Shown piece by piece: positions 1-10,700 of a stretch of DNA of 64,000 bases. The stretch spans positions 116,657 through 180,656 of the forward strand of contig QPMI01000546.1 in the NCBI GenBank assembly GCA_004431415.1. Reading direction: 5' to 3'. Each line of letters starts with the position of its first letter. Within the stretch, counting starts at the first letter, position 1. Under the pieces are notes generated by a model, which ran no database searches, was not told the DNA's origin, and saw nothing but the letters and a program-made list of their open reading frames with translations. Position numbers and translations under genes: made by a program. Source of the DNA: Cyanophora paradoxa CCMP329. Its lineage: Eukaryota > Plantae > Glaucophyta.

Positions 1-576
1 CGTTCGTACGCAGCGCTGCTTCTAGCTAGCTGTAGAGCTGCTGGTCAGTGCGCGCATGCTGGATATATAAGCACCCCGGGCGCCCTGCAGCCCGGCCGGC
101 GGCCGCGCGCGCCTACAGCATGCGCAGTACCGGTAGCTAAGGTCCCGATGTGCTCCCAGCTCAAGTTGGCTTGTACCCACCCCATGTGTTGGTTTTGCTT
201 GCTTCGAATATTCGTCAGAAAACAAAAACCGTGACTCGAGCTCGCCGCCGAGTCGCCGGCGCCGACTCCGCCGCCGAGTCGCCCGGCCCGGCGCCGGGCC
301 GGCGGTGTCGCCGCGCCGAGCCGATATTACGGCGATATACCGATATTATGGTCCGATAATGACGAGCTCGCCGGCGGAGTCGCCGCCGAGCCGATAATTA
401 TAATCATTGAATAACTCGATACACTAGCTATAGTAATCTGACTCGATATACCAGTAAATATAATTAGGACGACGTCCGAGTCGGTCCGACCAGTGATCAT
501 CACGGTCCTCATCATGGCATGATCATGATTCATGATCACGGACTCACACGGAGCCGCGCGCGGCTGGAGCCTTAGT

Positions 577-816
577 CTGTAGGATGGCTTTTTTAGCCGT
601 ACTTTTAAATTGCCGTATATTGCCAAGTTGCCGAGACGCCAAATTCGGCAATTTAGAGCCGCGGCAATTCTCGGGGGGTAGGGTTAAACGGCCGCTTTTG
701 TTTGGCGCCATAGAAGAAATCCAGAGTTTCGGCAATTTATCGCCACGGCAATTTCGGTTTTGGCCGAATTCGGCAATTTAACTAGTAACTACACGGCAAT
801 TTAAGCCATCCCACAG
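577..816. mobile_element. MITE (non-autonomous TIR element), copy 1 of a family also at 42076-42284
   Basis: Terminal inverted repeats CTGTAGGATGGCTT / AAGCCATCCCACAG (13/14 match); internal (A)ATTGCC/GGCAATT repeats; body aligns end to end with 42076-42284. Confidence 0.8.
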
Positions 817-990
817 TATTCATGATCGATATCGCGCGCGGCCGAGCTCGAGAGAGTCGTTCCATCCGCTGAGATTAATATTCCATCCGCGCCGGGCCGC
901 TCCGCGGCCGGATCCCGATCGAGTCCCGACTCCCGAGTCCCGACTCCCGAGTCGATCCCGAGTCGGACTCCCGACTCCCGACTATAGCTA

Positions 991-1241
991 CCGTAATGCA
1001 CAATATTAAGGTCTGTACTTTATTATGTCGTCCCGAAATTATGTCGCCTAAAGTTTGACAAAACGACATAATTTGGGGACGTCTTAATGGGGCGCGCAAT
1101 GAGGTATCCCCCCACTTTTACCGCCCCATACAAGCCTGAAAAGTTCATGCCGACATAATTTGGGGACGTCATATTTCGCATAGAGAAGGCTCGGGTTTTA
1201 AAACGACATAAATTTGCATGACATAATATTGTGTATTACGG
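991..1241. mobile_element. MITE with TA target duplication (Tc1/mariner/pogo-type ends)
   Basis: TIR CCGTAATGCACAATATTA / TAATATTGTGTATTACGG (1 mismatch), flanked by TA at 989-990 and 1242-1243; internal repeats of (A)CGACATAA(T)TT(T)GGGGACGTC. Confidence 0.8.
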
Positions 1242-1311
1242 TAGTACTCCCCGGGCCCGAGTCTTGAGTCTTGACTGAGTTGACTCCCAAGTAAGAGTCC
1301 CAACTCCCGAC

Positions 1312-1796
1312 TAGTGCTGGGTTCAGTCAGGCTCCAACCCTGACCCAGTCGCTCAGCCCCCCTGACTGTGACTGAATCAGTCAACCCGAGGTTCAGTCAG
1401 GCTACCGTGCAAAAACTGAGGAAAATGACCCGGAAATGACCCAGATGCGATCCATCGATATCTAAGTTGCCAAGCACAGTGCGCGGGCAGTAGGGACTCT
1501 AGGGAGTGATTAGGCGAGCAAAGCTTAAGAACACTTGTGAAAGGAATTCGGCCCCCGTTAGCCTCGTTGGCGCGGGCGGTTTTGTTCAGATTTCGTTGTT
1601 TTTCTGGAGGTAAGACGACAGAAGATCCTTTTTAGGTCGATCCACGTCGAGCTTCAGATGGAAAAAGCCCACAGGGGGGCACGCTCCCAGCAGGGTTTTG
1701 TATGGGACTGAGAGAACCTCAGTCGGCCAATTTGTTGACTCAGTCGGGTCAGTCAGACCCTCTGACTTTGACTGACAGTGACTGAACCCAGCCCTA
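1312..1796. mobile_element. Non-autonomous hAT element
   Basis: TIR TAGTGCTGGGTTCAGTCA / TGACTGAACCCAGCCCTA (17/18); exact 8-bp TSD CTCCCGAC at 1304-1311 and 1797-1804; subterminal TGACTG/CAGTCA repeats. Confidence 0.9.
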
Positions 1797-2186
1797 CTCC
1801 CGACTCTCGAGTCCCGACTCCCGACTCCCGACTCCCGAGTCCCGGAGTCCGACGGTCCCCAGCCCCATTTACTCCCGAGTCTGATTTCGGACAAGCCGCG
1901 AGCCTTGAAGTTGGGACAAGTTTCGGATCTACCCTGTCTTCTTTTAAATGCAATCATTGAATATATATATCTTTTTAGCTCTCCTCAGTGACCAATTTTC
2001 AGGATAACAGTACATGCCAGTGATGCCACAATGCATGTGCATGATTCATGCCGCGAATCATGCGCATGTCTTCATTCCCAAGTTAAAAAACCGTGCCACG
2101 CCGCCCACGCGTACGGTCCACGCCGACTCCACGGACGGTTATAAATAACAGAGTGAAATATACGGACGGGACGCCGCCGTCACGCC

Positions 2187-4008
2187 TAGGGCACTGGCCG
2201 TCGGGGCTAGACCCTTGCACCGGGGCTGGCCCAAACTCTCAAGTCCTTGCACCGGGGCTGGCCCTAGCGGCTAGGCGGCTCCGAAATTTCGGCTGGCTTG
2301 CCAGCGGCTAGGCCGGACTTGGTGCGCGAGGCGGCTGGCTTGGCGGCTGGCTTGGCGGCTGGCTTGGCCCGCCGGCCAGCGCCTTCGCGGAAGTTCGCGC
2401 GCGCCGCGCGCGCCGGCCTAGCTATCATAGTATAGCCTGCTGCCTGCATGGCGCCCCGCGGGCCCCGGCTCATGCAGCGCTCATGATCGATATCATATAT
2501 ATATATATATGCATCAGCTGCAGATCACAATTACGAGCTAACAAGAGGCTCCTCGGCCTCAAGCTCCACTACCTCTAGATCTGCGTCCTGCAGCTGGCCC
2601 TGGGACTCAGCTGCCATGCGATCTGCCTGCTCAACGGTCTCACGCAGCTCCTGAACGGAATACAGCTGGGGGAAAATCTCTACGTCTCCGAAGCGAGCTG
2701 CCTCATGCAGGAAAAGATAGGCCTCGCACGTCTCCGGCTTAAGGGTGGAGCGCCAAGCGGAAATGAGCTGGCCTGAGTGCGAAAAGCAGCACTCGCTAGC
2801 TGTGGAGCTGCCGGCAATCGGCCCAAACTTAAGGAAAAGGCGGGCGGGGACGGGGAAGCGCCGCCGGATCTCGGCGTCCTGCCAGAAGGTAAGGGGGTCC
2901 GAGGTCGCCTTCGCCCGCTTGAAGGCCGATATAAAATGAATTCGCACACACCGAGACAAATGGCTAGAGATATAACTGAGGTGTCCATCTGTGTCAAGTC
3001 GAGAGATGAGCCGCTTGAAGGCCGAGCCCAGCTCCTGCAGAGCGGTCACTGCATGAAATATAAACAGTCAGGTGCAGATTGTACCTTTGAGGACCCGGTG
3101 AACCAGAGGTTCATGTTGTCCTCCACGGCCTGATCCGTCAGGTCGTTCGTGGGGACGCGGCGGCCCGGGGCCCCCGGCGCCCCGCGGCCGTCCTCCTCGT
3201 CGCTGCTGACGTAGATCTCGTCCAGCGTCGAGTCGATGACGCCCTTCTCGCGGGACTCCTCCGCCCCACCGGCGGGGGCGTTGCCGCCGCCCGCCGCCGC
3301 CGCCGCCAACGCCGCCGCCTCGGCGGCCATCACGCGCGCCTCCGCCTTGGCGATCTCGATGAGGTTGGCCCGGAGCTGCTCAACTTTGCTGCTCAGCCGG
3401 GCCTCCCACTCATCGTCGCTGTAGGGCACGAACGGGCCCAGCTCGGCGGCTTCGCGGGCGGCTCGCGCGTATTGCCCACCTTCGCCTTCTTCGCAACGGA
3501 CTCGGCGGGCCGCGAGGCATCGCCGCTGCTGGACGAGGCGCCGCCTTCGCTGGACGCCGACACCGCAAAACGGCGGCCGGCTAAGAAGTTGAGCATCTTC
3601 TCCTGCGTCGGCTTCGACTGCACTTTGGCCTTGCCGCTGGGGGCTGCCGACGCTGCCTTCCCGCGCCCGCTCATGGCGTCCGCGCTCTAGATCTAGATCT
3701 GCCTTCGAAGTTTGAATTCGAATTCGAACTCCCGCGCTGCCGTACGTATACGTATACGCATGGCATAGCGTATACGTAGAGCGCCGTAGACAGTAGACTG
3801 CTGCAAGTGGTACGTAGTACGTACCTGGCACTGCGGCAGCCTCTGAGAGGTACGGCTGGTACGGCTGGCTGGCTCTTTGGCTGGCAAGCCGCCGGAAACC
3901 GGCCAGGTCCCCTTGGCTGGCAAGCCGGGGTTTCGGCTGCCTAGCCCGTCGCCCCCCGGCCCAAACTGGCCGGCTAGCTAGCCGGCTTGGCCGCCGGCCA
4001 GTGCCCTA
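2187..4008 (-). mobile_element. Internally deleted hAT DNA transposon
   Basis: TIR TAGGGCACTGGCCG(T/G)CGG (17/18); exact 8-bp TSD GTCACGCC at 2179-2186 and 4009-4016; subterminal GGCTGGC/GGCTAG repeats; carries transposase remnants. Confidence 0.93.
2531..3674 (-). pseudogene. hAT transposase remnant: N-terminus joined out of frame to the C-terminal dimerisation domain; BED finger and most of the catalytic core absent
   Basis: DPLTFWQ...RFPVPARLFLKF..IAGSSTASECCFSHSG....WRSTLKPETCEAYLFL matches the hAT C-terminal dimerisation domain pattern; GT-AG intron 3035-3084 joins TGSSK to ELGSAFKR; the ATG at 3674 opens a frame that stops at 3393. Confidence 0.82.
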
Positions 4009-4068
4009 GTCACGCCGGCGGTCGGCGGCGGACCGTCGGACCGACTCGGACGCGTACGGTCAGTGGGT

Positions 4069-4573
4069 TAGGCTTGCGAGTCGTTGCGACTAGCTCGGAG
4101 CCCCCCCGGCTCTAGTCAAGTCAAGCCGCCCGGACTCCTGGCTCTAGCCGCTAGCTAGTTTGGCTAGCGGAGGCGCCTTTGGCGCCTAACTAGCCGGCTA
4201 GCTAGTTTCGGGCTTCTCCCCCCCCCTCTAGCCGCCTCTAGTCCCGCGAAAAGCACGTCAATCGTGTTGTTGAACGCGAAAACATGCTCGCAATCACCTT
4301 AACATCACCTTGACACTCTTTTGAGGCTTCAAATCACAAGTTTTACACTCTTTCCTAGCCAATTTTCCCCCTTTCTGTACCCCTTCTGAGGGGTAGCCCC
4401 CCTCCTGGGGGCCCGGCTGGCCGCCGGCTGGCCAGTCGCGATCGGCTAGCCTGATGGCCCGCTAGTCGGGCTGGCCAGCCGACTAGCGTTCCCAAGAGGG
4501 CGGCTAGAGTCGCGGGCCGAGGGCCGCTAGTCAAGCCGGCTAGCTAGTCGGCTTGACTAGAGCCGCAAGCCTA
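4069..4573. mobile_element. Non-autonomous hAT element (third family)
   Basis: TIR TAGGCTTGCG / CGCAAGCCTA; exact 8-bp TSD CAGTGGGT at 4061-4068 and 4574-4581; subterminal CTAG/GGCTAG repeats. Confidence 0.9.
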
Positions 4574-4683
4574 CAGTGGGTCACCGCCAAGTTATAATTA
4601 ATTAACGTTGCCAAAAAAGTTGGCGCCAACTCATCGCCGAGTCACCGGCCGCCGGGCTACCGTCGGACGGACTCGGACCAACC

Positions 4684-4775
4684 GTTGAACGGGGCACGCG
4701 CAAGCGGCGCAACTGAAATCTCCGCCTCCGATCGAACCTCCGTGATCATGATTCATCATTCATGCCCCGTTCAAC
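4684..4775. repeat. 13-bp perfect inverted repeat (small fold-back)
   Basis: GTTGAACGGGGCA (4684-4696) / TGCCCCGTTCAAC (4763-4775); no TSD seen. Confidence 0.6.
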
Positions 4776-5027
4776 CTCAAAATCGATTGATCATGACGTC
4801 GCGATCGCGATAGGCCTGATGCTTGACCCCCCCCGGCTTCAAGCCAAGCCAAGCCAAATTTTGGCCTTCCGGAGTCAAGCCAAGCCAAGCACCCCAGCCG
4901 GCCGGCTCAAATGCTTGGCCCCTCGGCTAGGTCAAATATTTGTCAAATGCTTGAGGGGGGGTACCCCATGTACGCCCCTCTTTTTCTCTTCCCTAAGGCG
5001 CGCGCTAGCTAGCTACGCACGTACGTG

Positions 5028-5098
5028 TACGATCTTGCTCAAATTGTTCAGTGAAACATAAACAACTAAGTCGTATACGATCTTGCTCAAATTGTTCA
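5028..5098. repeat. 23-bp exact direct repeat, two copies
   Basis: TACGATCTTGCTCAAATTGTTCA at 5028-5050 and 5076-5098. Confidence 0.85.
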
Positions 5099-5792
5099 CT
5101 GAGTCGGTGAAACTTCCGCTGGCGCGCGTGCTCCGCCAGGATGATCCGCCTGATCGTCCCGCGATATCGATCGATATCCGTCGGACGATAGCTTCTGCGG
5201 CCGAGTGAGCGGGCGTCGCGCGCGCGCGCGCGGGCCGGGCGGGCCGCCGGGCGCGGGGGCCGGGCGCACGGGTTCAGGGCCAAGGCCCAGCGCTAGCCGC
5301 GCATCCAGTGCGCGCTTCGCCGGCGCCAGGTTATCTTCATGATCATCCGAGAGCGGCTTCACGGCCTCAAAGGCTGGGCCGAGCGTCGCCTGCCCATGCC
5401 GCGTGCTGAGCCGCTGAGCGGATTCGCCATCTCGAGTCTGTCGGCGCTCGAGCTCCGAGTCCCGACTTGCATGATGTTGCATCAAAAACAGTCGCAAAGC
5501 CGAATCCGGATTCGCGCGTTATGACTCCCCACGCCGAATCCTTCGGAACATTTTTTGAATCGGAAGTACTCAGTACGGATGACTGTTCAACGGTTCGACC
5601 CAGGAGCTTACTTTTCCTAATCGTTCAAGTTACCGTTGACGTCGATCGCGACTTGTCGTCGTTCGTAACGTCATCGAATCGTAAGTTGTCGATGAACGAT
5701 GGATGAATTGTCACATGTATACGTACAGACTGACGGTATAAACATTCCTGCCCTTGGGGCAGTGCAGCCTCGGGTCACTGGGGTGGCGCCGG

Positions 5793-6116
5793 CTTGAAGG
5801 CTATAGACTGAGAGCTAGCAGGCTATATCGCTAGCCGCTACTAGGCTACAAAGCTGGCAGGCCAGCCGCACTGCGGCAGGCAGGCCTACCCTGGCGCAGC
5901 CTTATAATTCTATACTATGAATCTATGATAGCAATTGCTGGCCAACAGGTTCGGCTCACCGAACCTTTGGAAGTTACCGGGTACATAAATTGATTGATCT
6001 TGAAGGCCATAAAGCTAGAAGGCTATATAGCTAGCCGGTAGTAGCCGCTACAAAGCTAGCAGGCCAGCCGCAGGCAGGCCTACGTACCCTGGCGCAGACT
6101 TATATATAATTCTATA
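5793..6116. repeat. Diverged direct duplication of about 120 bp
   Basis: CTTGAAGG..AGCTAG.AGGCTATAT.GCTAGCCG..GCTACAAAGCT.GCAGGCCAGCCGCA..GGCAGGCCTAC..CCTGGCGCAG..TATAATTCTATA at about 5793-5915 and 5999-6116. Confidence 0.75.
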
Positions 6117-7006
6117 GCTATTACTGGTCGTTCAGGGAGGAGGGAGCTCGAAACGGGTACCGGTCCACGTCGAACGACTGTTTTACACGGTCGTTCGCAG
6201 AGGAGGGTACAGTATACATGGTTATTATAACTTGTTTAATTTATTTATTATCTGGTTATTGTATATATCTAACGTATATATATAACTAGTATATATAAGG
6301 TTATTCAGCGAATTTTCATTAATTATATATATGCTATATATATAGAGTTTAATACTTTAATTATTATGTTATTTAATTTATTTACAATTGATTGTAAACC
6401 ATTGCCAATGACTTGGAAGGCCGATTGTTAAATCGGCAAACCGTTGCGATTGCGATTGACAATGAAGCATTGTTAACCGGCGACAGACAACATGACCGTG
6501 AAAAGAGAAGCCTCTTGGTCACCCACCGACCAGGTGACCCGAGGCTGACAGTGCACAGGGAAGATCTAGCGATGCAATTGAATAGAGAATCTCTATGCGA
6601 GCATGCTCGCAGCGCTACGGGAGGCGGGCACGCAGTGCCACGCACTGCAGGCGTTGGCGTTGGCTGGTACCGGTGCGACGAACTTGAAGCAGCTCCTGCG
6701 CAAGCGATCGCCGGTCAGTGTTTTGATTAGAAGTTTTAAGTTTTAACAACCAGAAACATGAAGCGCAACTTCCTGCTCCCATTTTTTAATCATGATCATG
6801 ACTATCTTGTGAGATGATATCGATCCGGTGTGAGTCGGTCCAGTCGGACCGTGTGACTTTGTTTCTTCCGAAAGTTCGTGCACGCGCTAGGCTACGCCGG
6901 ACTACTAGGCTACTAGGCTACGCTCATGATCATGATCAGGACGGCGTCGTCACGGCGAAAGCTAGGCTAGCGCTGGAGCCGGACCTTCAAATTTTCTGGA
7001 TCCCGA

Positions 7007-7090
7007 ATTCGAATCTTCTGAACACGCATCAAACGTAGGCTGCAACATATTCGAATCTTCTGAACACGCATCAAACGTAGGCTGCAACAT
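7007..7090. repeat. 42-bp perfect tandem duplication
   Basis: ATTCGAATCTTCTGAACACGCATCAAACGTAGGCTGCAACAT x2 (7007-7048, 7049-7090). Confidence 0.9.
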
Positions 7091-7776
7091 AAACGTATAC
7101 CTAGCAGCTAGCGCTAGCATGGCCAGCACTCTCTCCGTCTTGTTGTTCCGCTTGCTTGTACATGTCTGCTTCCTGTGATTCATCTTTCAAGTTTCTCACT
7201 TCCGAGTTCCGAATTCGAAGTTCTGTCCTCCGTCGATTCCGTCGAGTCGACGTCGACGTCTGCTGTGGCACGTACCATTGGATGTCGATCTTAGCTCTAG
7301 CTCTGAAACGTGTCTGTCCTCCTCATAATCTTCTGGTCTCGGAACTGGTCTCGCTCGTCCGATCCCGGAGTCCGACGCGTACGTTCTCTCTCTTCGAGTC
7401 TTCTTTTGAATTTTGTTGTCGCTTTTTTATTTGGCTCTTCGTCTTTGGATCGCTATATATCAGTGAGAATTCGCGATGGGATGGGAAAGTGCGAGAATTC
7501 GGACGTGTTACGAACACGCGTACGCGTACGCGATTTTAATCAATGGCCAATGGCCATGTGCACGTGCATGGCCGCTCGCCCGCGCGCAGCCTGCAGTGCC
7601 CTGCACCAGGCTGCATGCACTGATTCTAGTTACGATTATTCTGCCCTCGCTCAATGCACGTGCACGGTGTGGTTGCAGCTCATTCGCGGAGCGAGCGTCC
7701 GACGCAGAACGAAGCACAGCCATTGCGGCCTCGAGATCTCCGACTCGAGAGACTCCGAGACGACCCGAGGTCATGA

Positions 7777-10700
7777 TCAGCCCTGGGGCCGGACGGGCAC
7801 CGCCACGCCGCCCATGCCCCACACGCCGGCGGAGGGGTACGACGCGCCCGAGTACGCTCCGCCGTACCCGTAGCGGATCTGCTCCTCCACGCCCGGCATC
7901 GCCGCTGCGGACCCCGGCACCACCCATCAGCGACGGGGACGCGAGGGCGGGCGGGCGGGGCGGGGCGGGGCGGGGCGGGCCCTCGGCCTCGAGGAGGAGG
8001 GCGACGAGCTGGAGGATGTGGTGGTCCGTCCCGCTGATGTGCACCGTCGGGCTCCGGATCTGCCCGCACCCGTACGCCCCCGTCGCCTCGAGCTCGGAGT
8101 GCGGGGGGTGGGGCCGGGCAGGCAAGCCCGGCGCACCTGCCGCTCGACGAGGCCGTCCACGGCGGTGCGGAGGGCGCCCAGCAGCTGGGCCGTCTCCCAG
8201 CTGCACGTGAAGGAGACCCAGGGGTCGGGCCCCACCTGGATCACCGCGTTCGCCTGCGCAATCGCGGCGATCACGAGGGAGCGGGGGGGCCGGGCGGGGC
8301 GGGGAAGAGGGGGGGAAGGGACCTCGGGGGGGGCGGCGGGGCGCGGGAGGCAGTAGAGCTGGGCCGGGGCGAAGAGGACGAGCTGCAGCGGCGTCGCCAG
8401 CGTGCACGTCCGCAGGAAGACCTGCGGGCGCTCGGTCAGCGGCTGCGCTCGGCTGTGGCGGGCGGCGTCGCTGGGGCTGGAGCTGGGGCGGGCGGGCCTG
8501 GGAGGTGCGGATCTTCTCGTGGAAGACCACCCAGCGGTGCCGCGCCAGCTCGAAGGCCTGCGCCCCGGCGTCAGGCGAGGGCGAGGGCGAGGGCGAGGGC
8601 GAGGAGGCGGGGGCGCGCGCCTCGCGGTCGTTGGCGAGGACGGAGGAGGGGTGCGGCGCCGCCTTGCAGTTCGCCCCGAAGCCCCGCCCCGTCCAGTCCC
8701 GGGTCCGGAACTTGTACCCCCGGCTCCCCTTCGTGCCCCTGCGCCCGCCTCGGGTCGGGGGGGGAGGGGGGGTACGAGGGGCGGGGATACGACGCACATG
8801 GGGGGGAAGATCTCCGCGAGGGAGGGGTACAGGCAGGCGACGAGGACACCCCGCACGATCGGGACGGACGCGCTGCGGTGATTCTCAGTTCAGACCGCCG
8901 ACTCAAATGGCGCGAACGGGCGAGAGGACCTGTAGCAGTTCGGGTCGAACGGCTGCGTCGGCTTCGGGGCCGCCTCCGACTCGGCCTCCTTCGGGGCGAG
9001 GCGCGCATCAGGGAGCTACGAGATGGAACGCGTTCGGGCGGGCGGGCGGGCGGGCCTTCGGGGGCGGGGCGGAGGAGAAGCCGCCGGCGAGGGAGGCGCG
9101 GGTGAGGGGCAGGGGCGCCCCCGCCGCGCTCGAGCGGAACCTGCGCGGTAGCGAGCGTCGGCGTCGGGCCGAGCCCAGGTGGAGAGTTGGTGCAGGCTCT
9201 GGTGGCGGGCCGCCGGGCGGGGCGGGGCGGGGCGGGGCGGGCGGACCCGATCTCGGCGAGGAGGGACTCGAACTGGAGGCGCAGCGAGGCCATCGAGCGC
9301 AGCACCGTGTGCGACAGGAAGTTGCTGCGCGGCGGGGGGACCCGTCGGGCGGGCGGCGGGAGGCGGGGGGAGGGGACAGGGGAGGGGGCTCACTCGTAGG
9401 CGAACTGCGGTCGGAAGGACGTCGATGCGCGTCAGAGGTGGCGGGCGTGGAGGGGGTGCGGGAGGGGCGGCGGGCACCTGGCCCTCGACGCCGGCGGCCT
9501 TGGCCTTCTCGTACTCGTCGAAGGCACGCTGCATCCCGATCGCGTCGCTGCGGAGGGGCCCGTCACGCTTCCTTAGAAAGAAACCACCGAGGCTGGGGGA
9601 GGCCCGTCTAGGCAACGTCCCCCACCCGTCCTCTCGGGGGAAGGGAGCGGACCTGCCCGTGCCGGCGGCGAAGCGGCGCTTGCGTTCCTCGGAATCGGGG
9701 CGCTTCTCCAGCGGCGGGCACACGAACGGGTCCCGGTTCCCTGCGGAGGGGCGGGCTCGAAGAGGAGCAGTACCGCATGCGCGCGCGCCTGCTCTTGGGC
9801 GGGGCGGGGGGCGGACCGAGGCCGGCGGCGATGGTGAGGACGCTCCCGAGGCAGCCGAAGATGCAGCCGTAGATCAGCGCCTTGCCGAGGGAGGGGTCGA
9901 GCGGAAGGTGCGAGAGGTGCCGCCCCAGCGCCGTCAGCTCCTGCCGCCGCCGCCGCCGCCGCGTCAGAGGGGCTGTCATGTGCGAGGGGAAGGGGCGTGC
10001 GGGCTCGCCTCCTCCATCTCGCCGGCGAGCGGCTCGACGAACTCGGGCGGGGGCGACGGCGAGGCCGACGGCCGCGGGCGCCGCCTGCGGCGCGCCGGCG
10101 CCGGTCAGGCGGCGGAAGAAGCGGGGGGAGCGAGGGGCCTGGCGCACGGCGACCGGGAGCGGGAGCGGGAGCCGGAACGGGAGCGGGAGCGCCGGCGGCG
10201 CTTGCTGCGCCGCTCGGGCGACGAGCTGCCGCCGAGTCAGCGGAGCGATGAGGCGGAGCGGCGGATGCGAGCACGGGCAAACCTGCGGGAGCGGCTGCGG
10301 GAGCGCTTGCGGTCCTCCTCCTCGCGCTTGAGGGCGGGCGGGGAGGGGGAGGGCCGGGGGGCGGGGGGGCGCTCGCGGAGGGTGACGGCTCCGAGGTCGC
10401 GCAGGCGGAGCAGCGCCGCCCGCACCGCGTCGTCCGACGGCGGCTCCAGCGCCTGTCGGACGTGAGGCCGGGGCGGGGCGCGGCGGTGCGGGGCGCGGCG
10501 CGGCGGGGCGTGGGCGGGCCTTGGCGAGGAGGGTGCCGGCGCCGCCGGGCCCGAAGCCCAGCGCGTGGATCGTCAGCACCAGCTCCTCCAACGGCGCTGC
10601 GGGCGGGCCGGCGCCCCCGGCCGCGTCGGCGGACGGCGGCGGAGGGCGGCGGAGGGGCGGCGGGGCGGGGCGCACTGCGGAGGATTTCGGGGGTGTCGTT

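Larger units (their letters stand above)
915..1885. repeat. Degenerate GACTCCC/GAGTCCC repeat-rich host element, interrupted by two younger insertions
   Basis: Arrays of gactcccga/gagtccc at about 920-983, 1247-1311 and 1797-1880 become contiguous when 991-1241 and 1312-1796 are removed. Termini not identified. Confidence 0.5.

Noticed and set aside
4811-4996. TAGGCCTG start with CAAGC repeats, a possible fourth hAT element
   Set aside because: No matching right TIR with an 8-bp TSD could be found.
5028-5098. Repeat-spacer-repeat resembling a mini CRISPR array
   Set aside because: Only two repeats, no cas genes, eukaryotic context.
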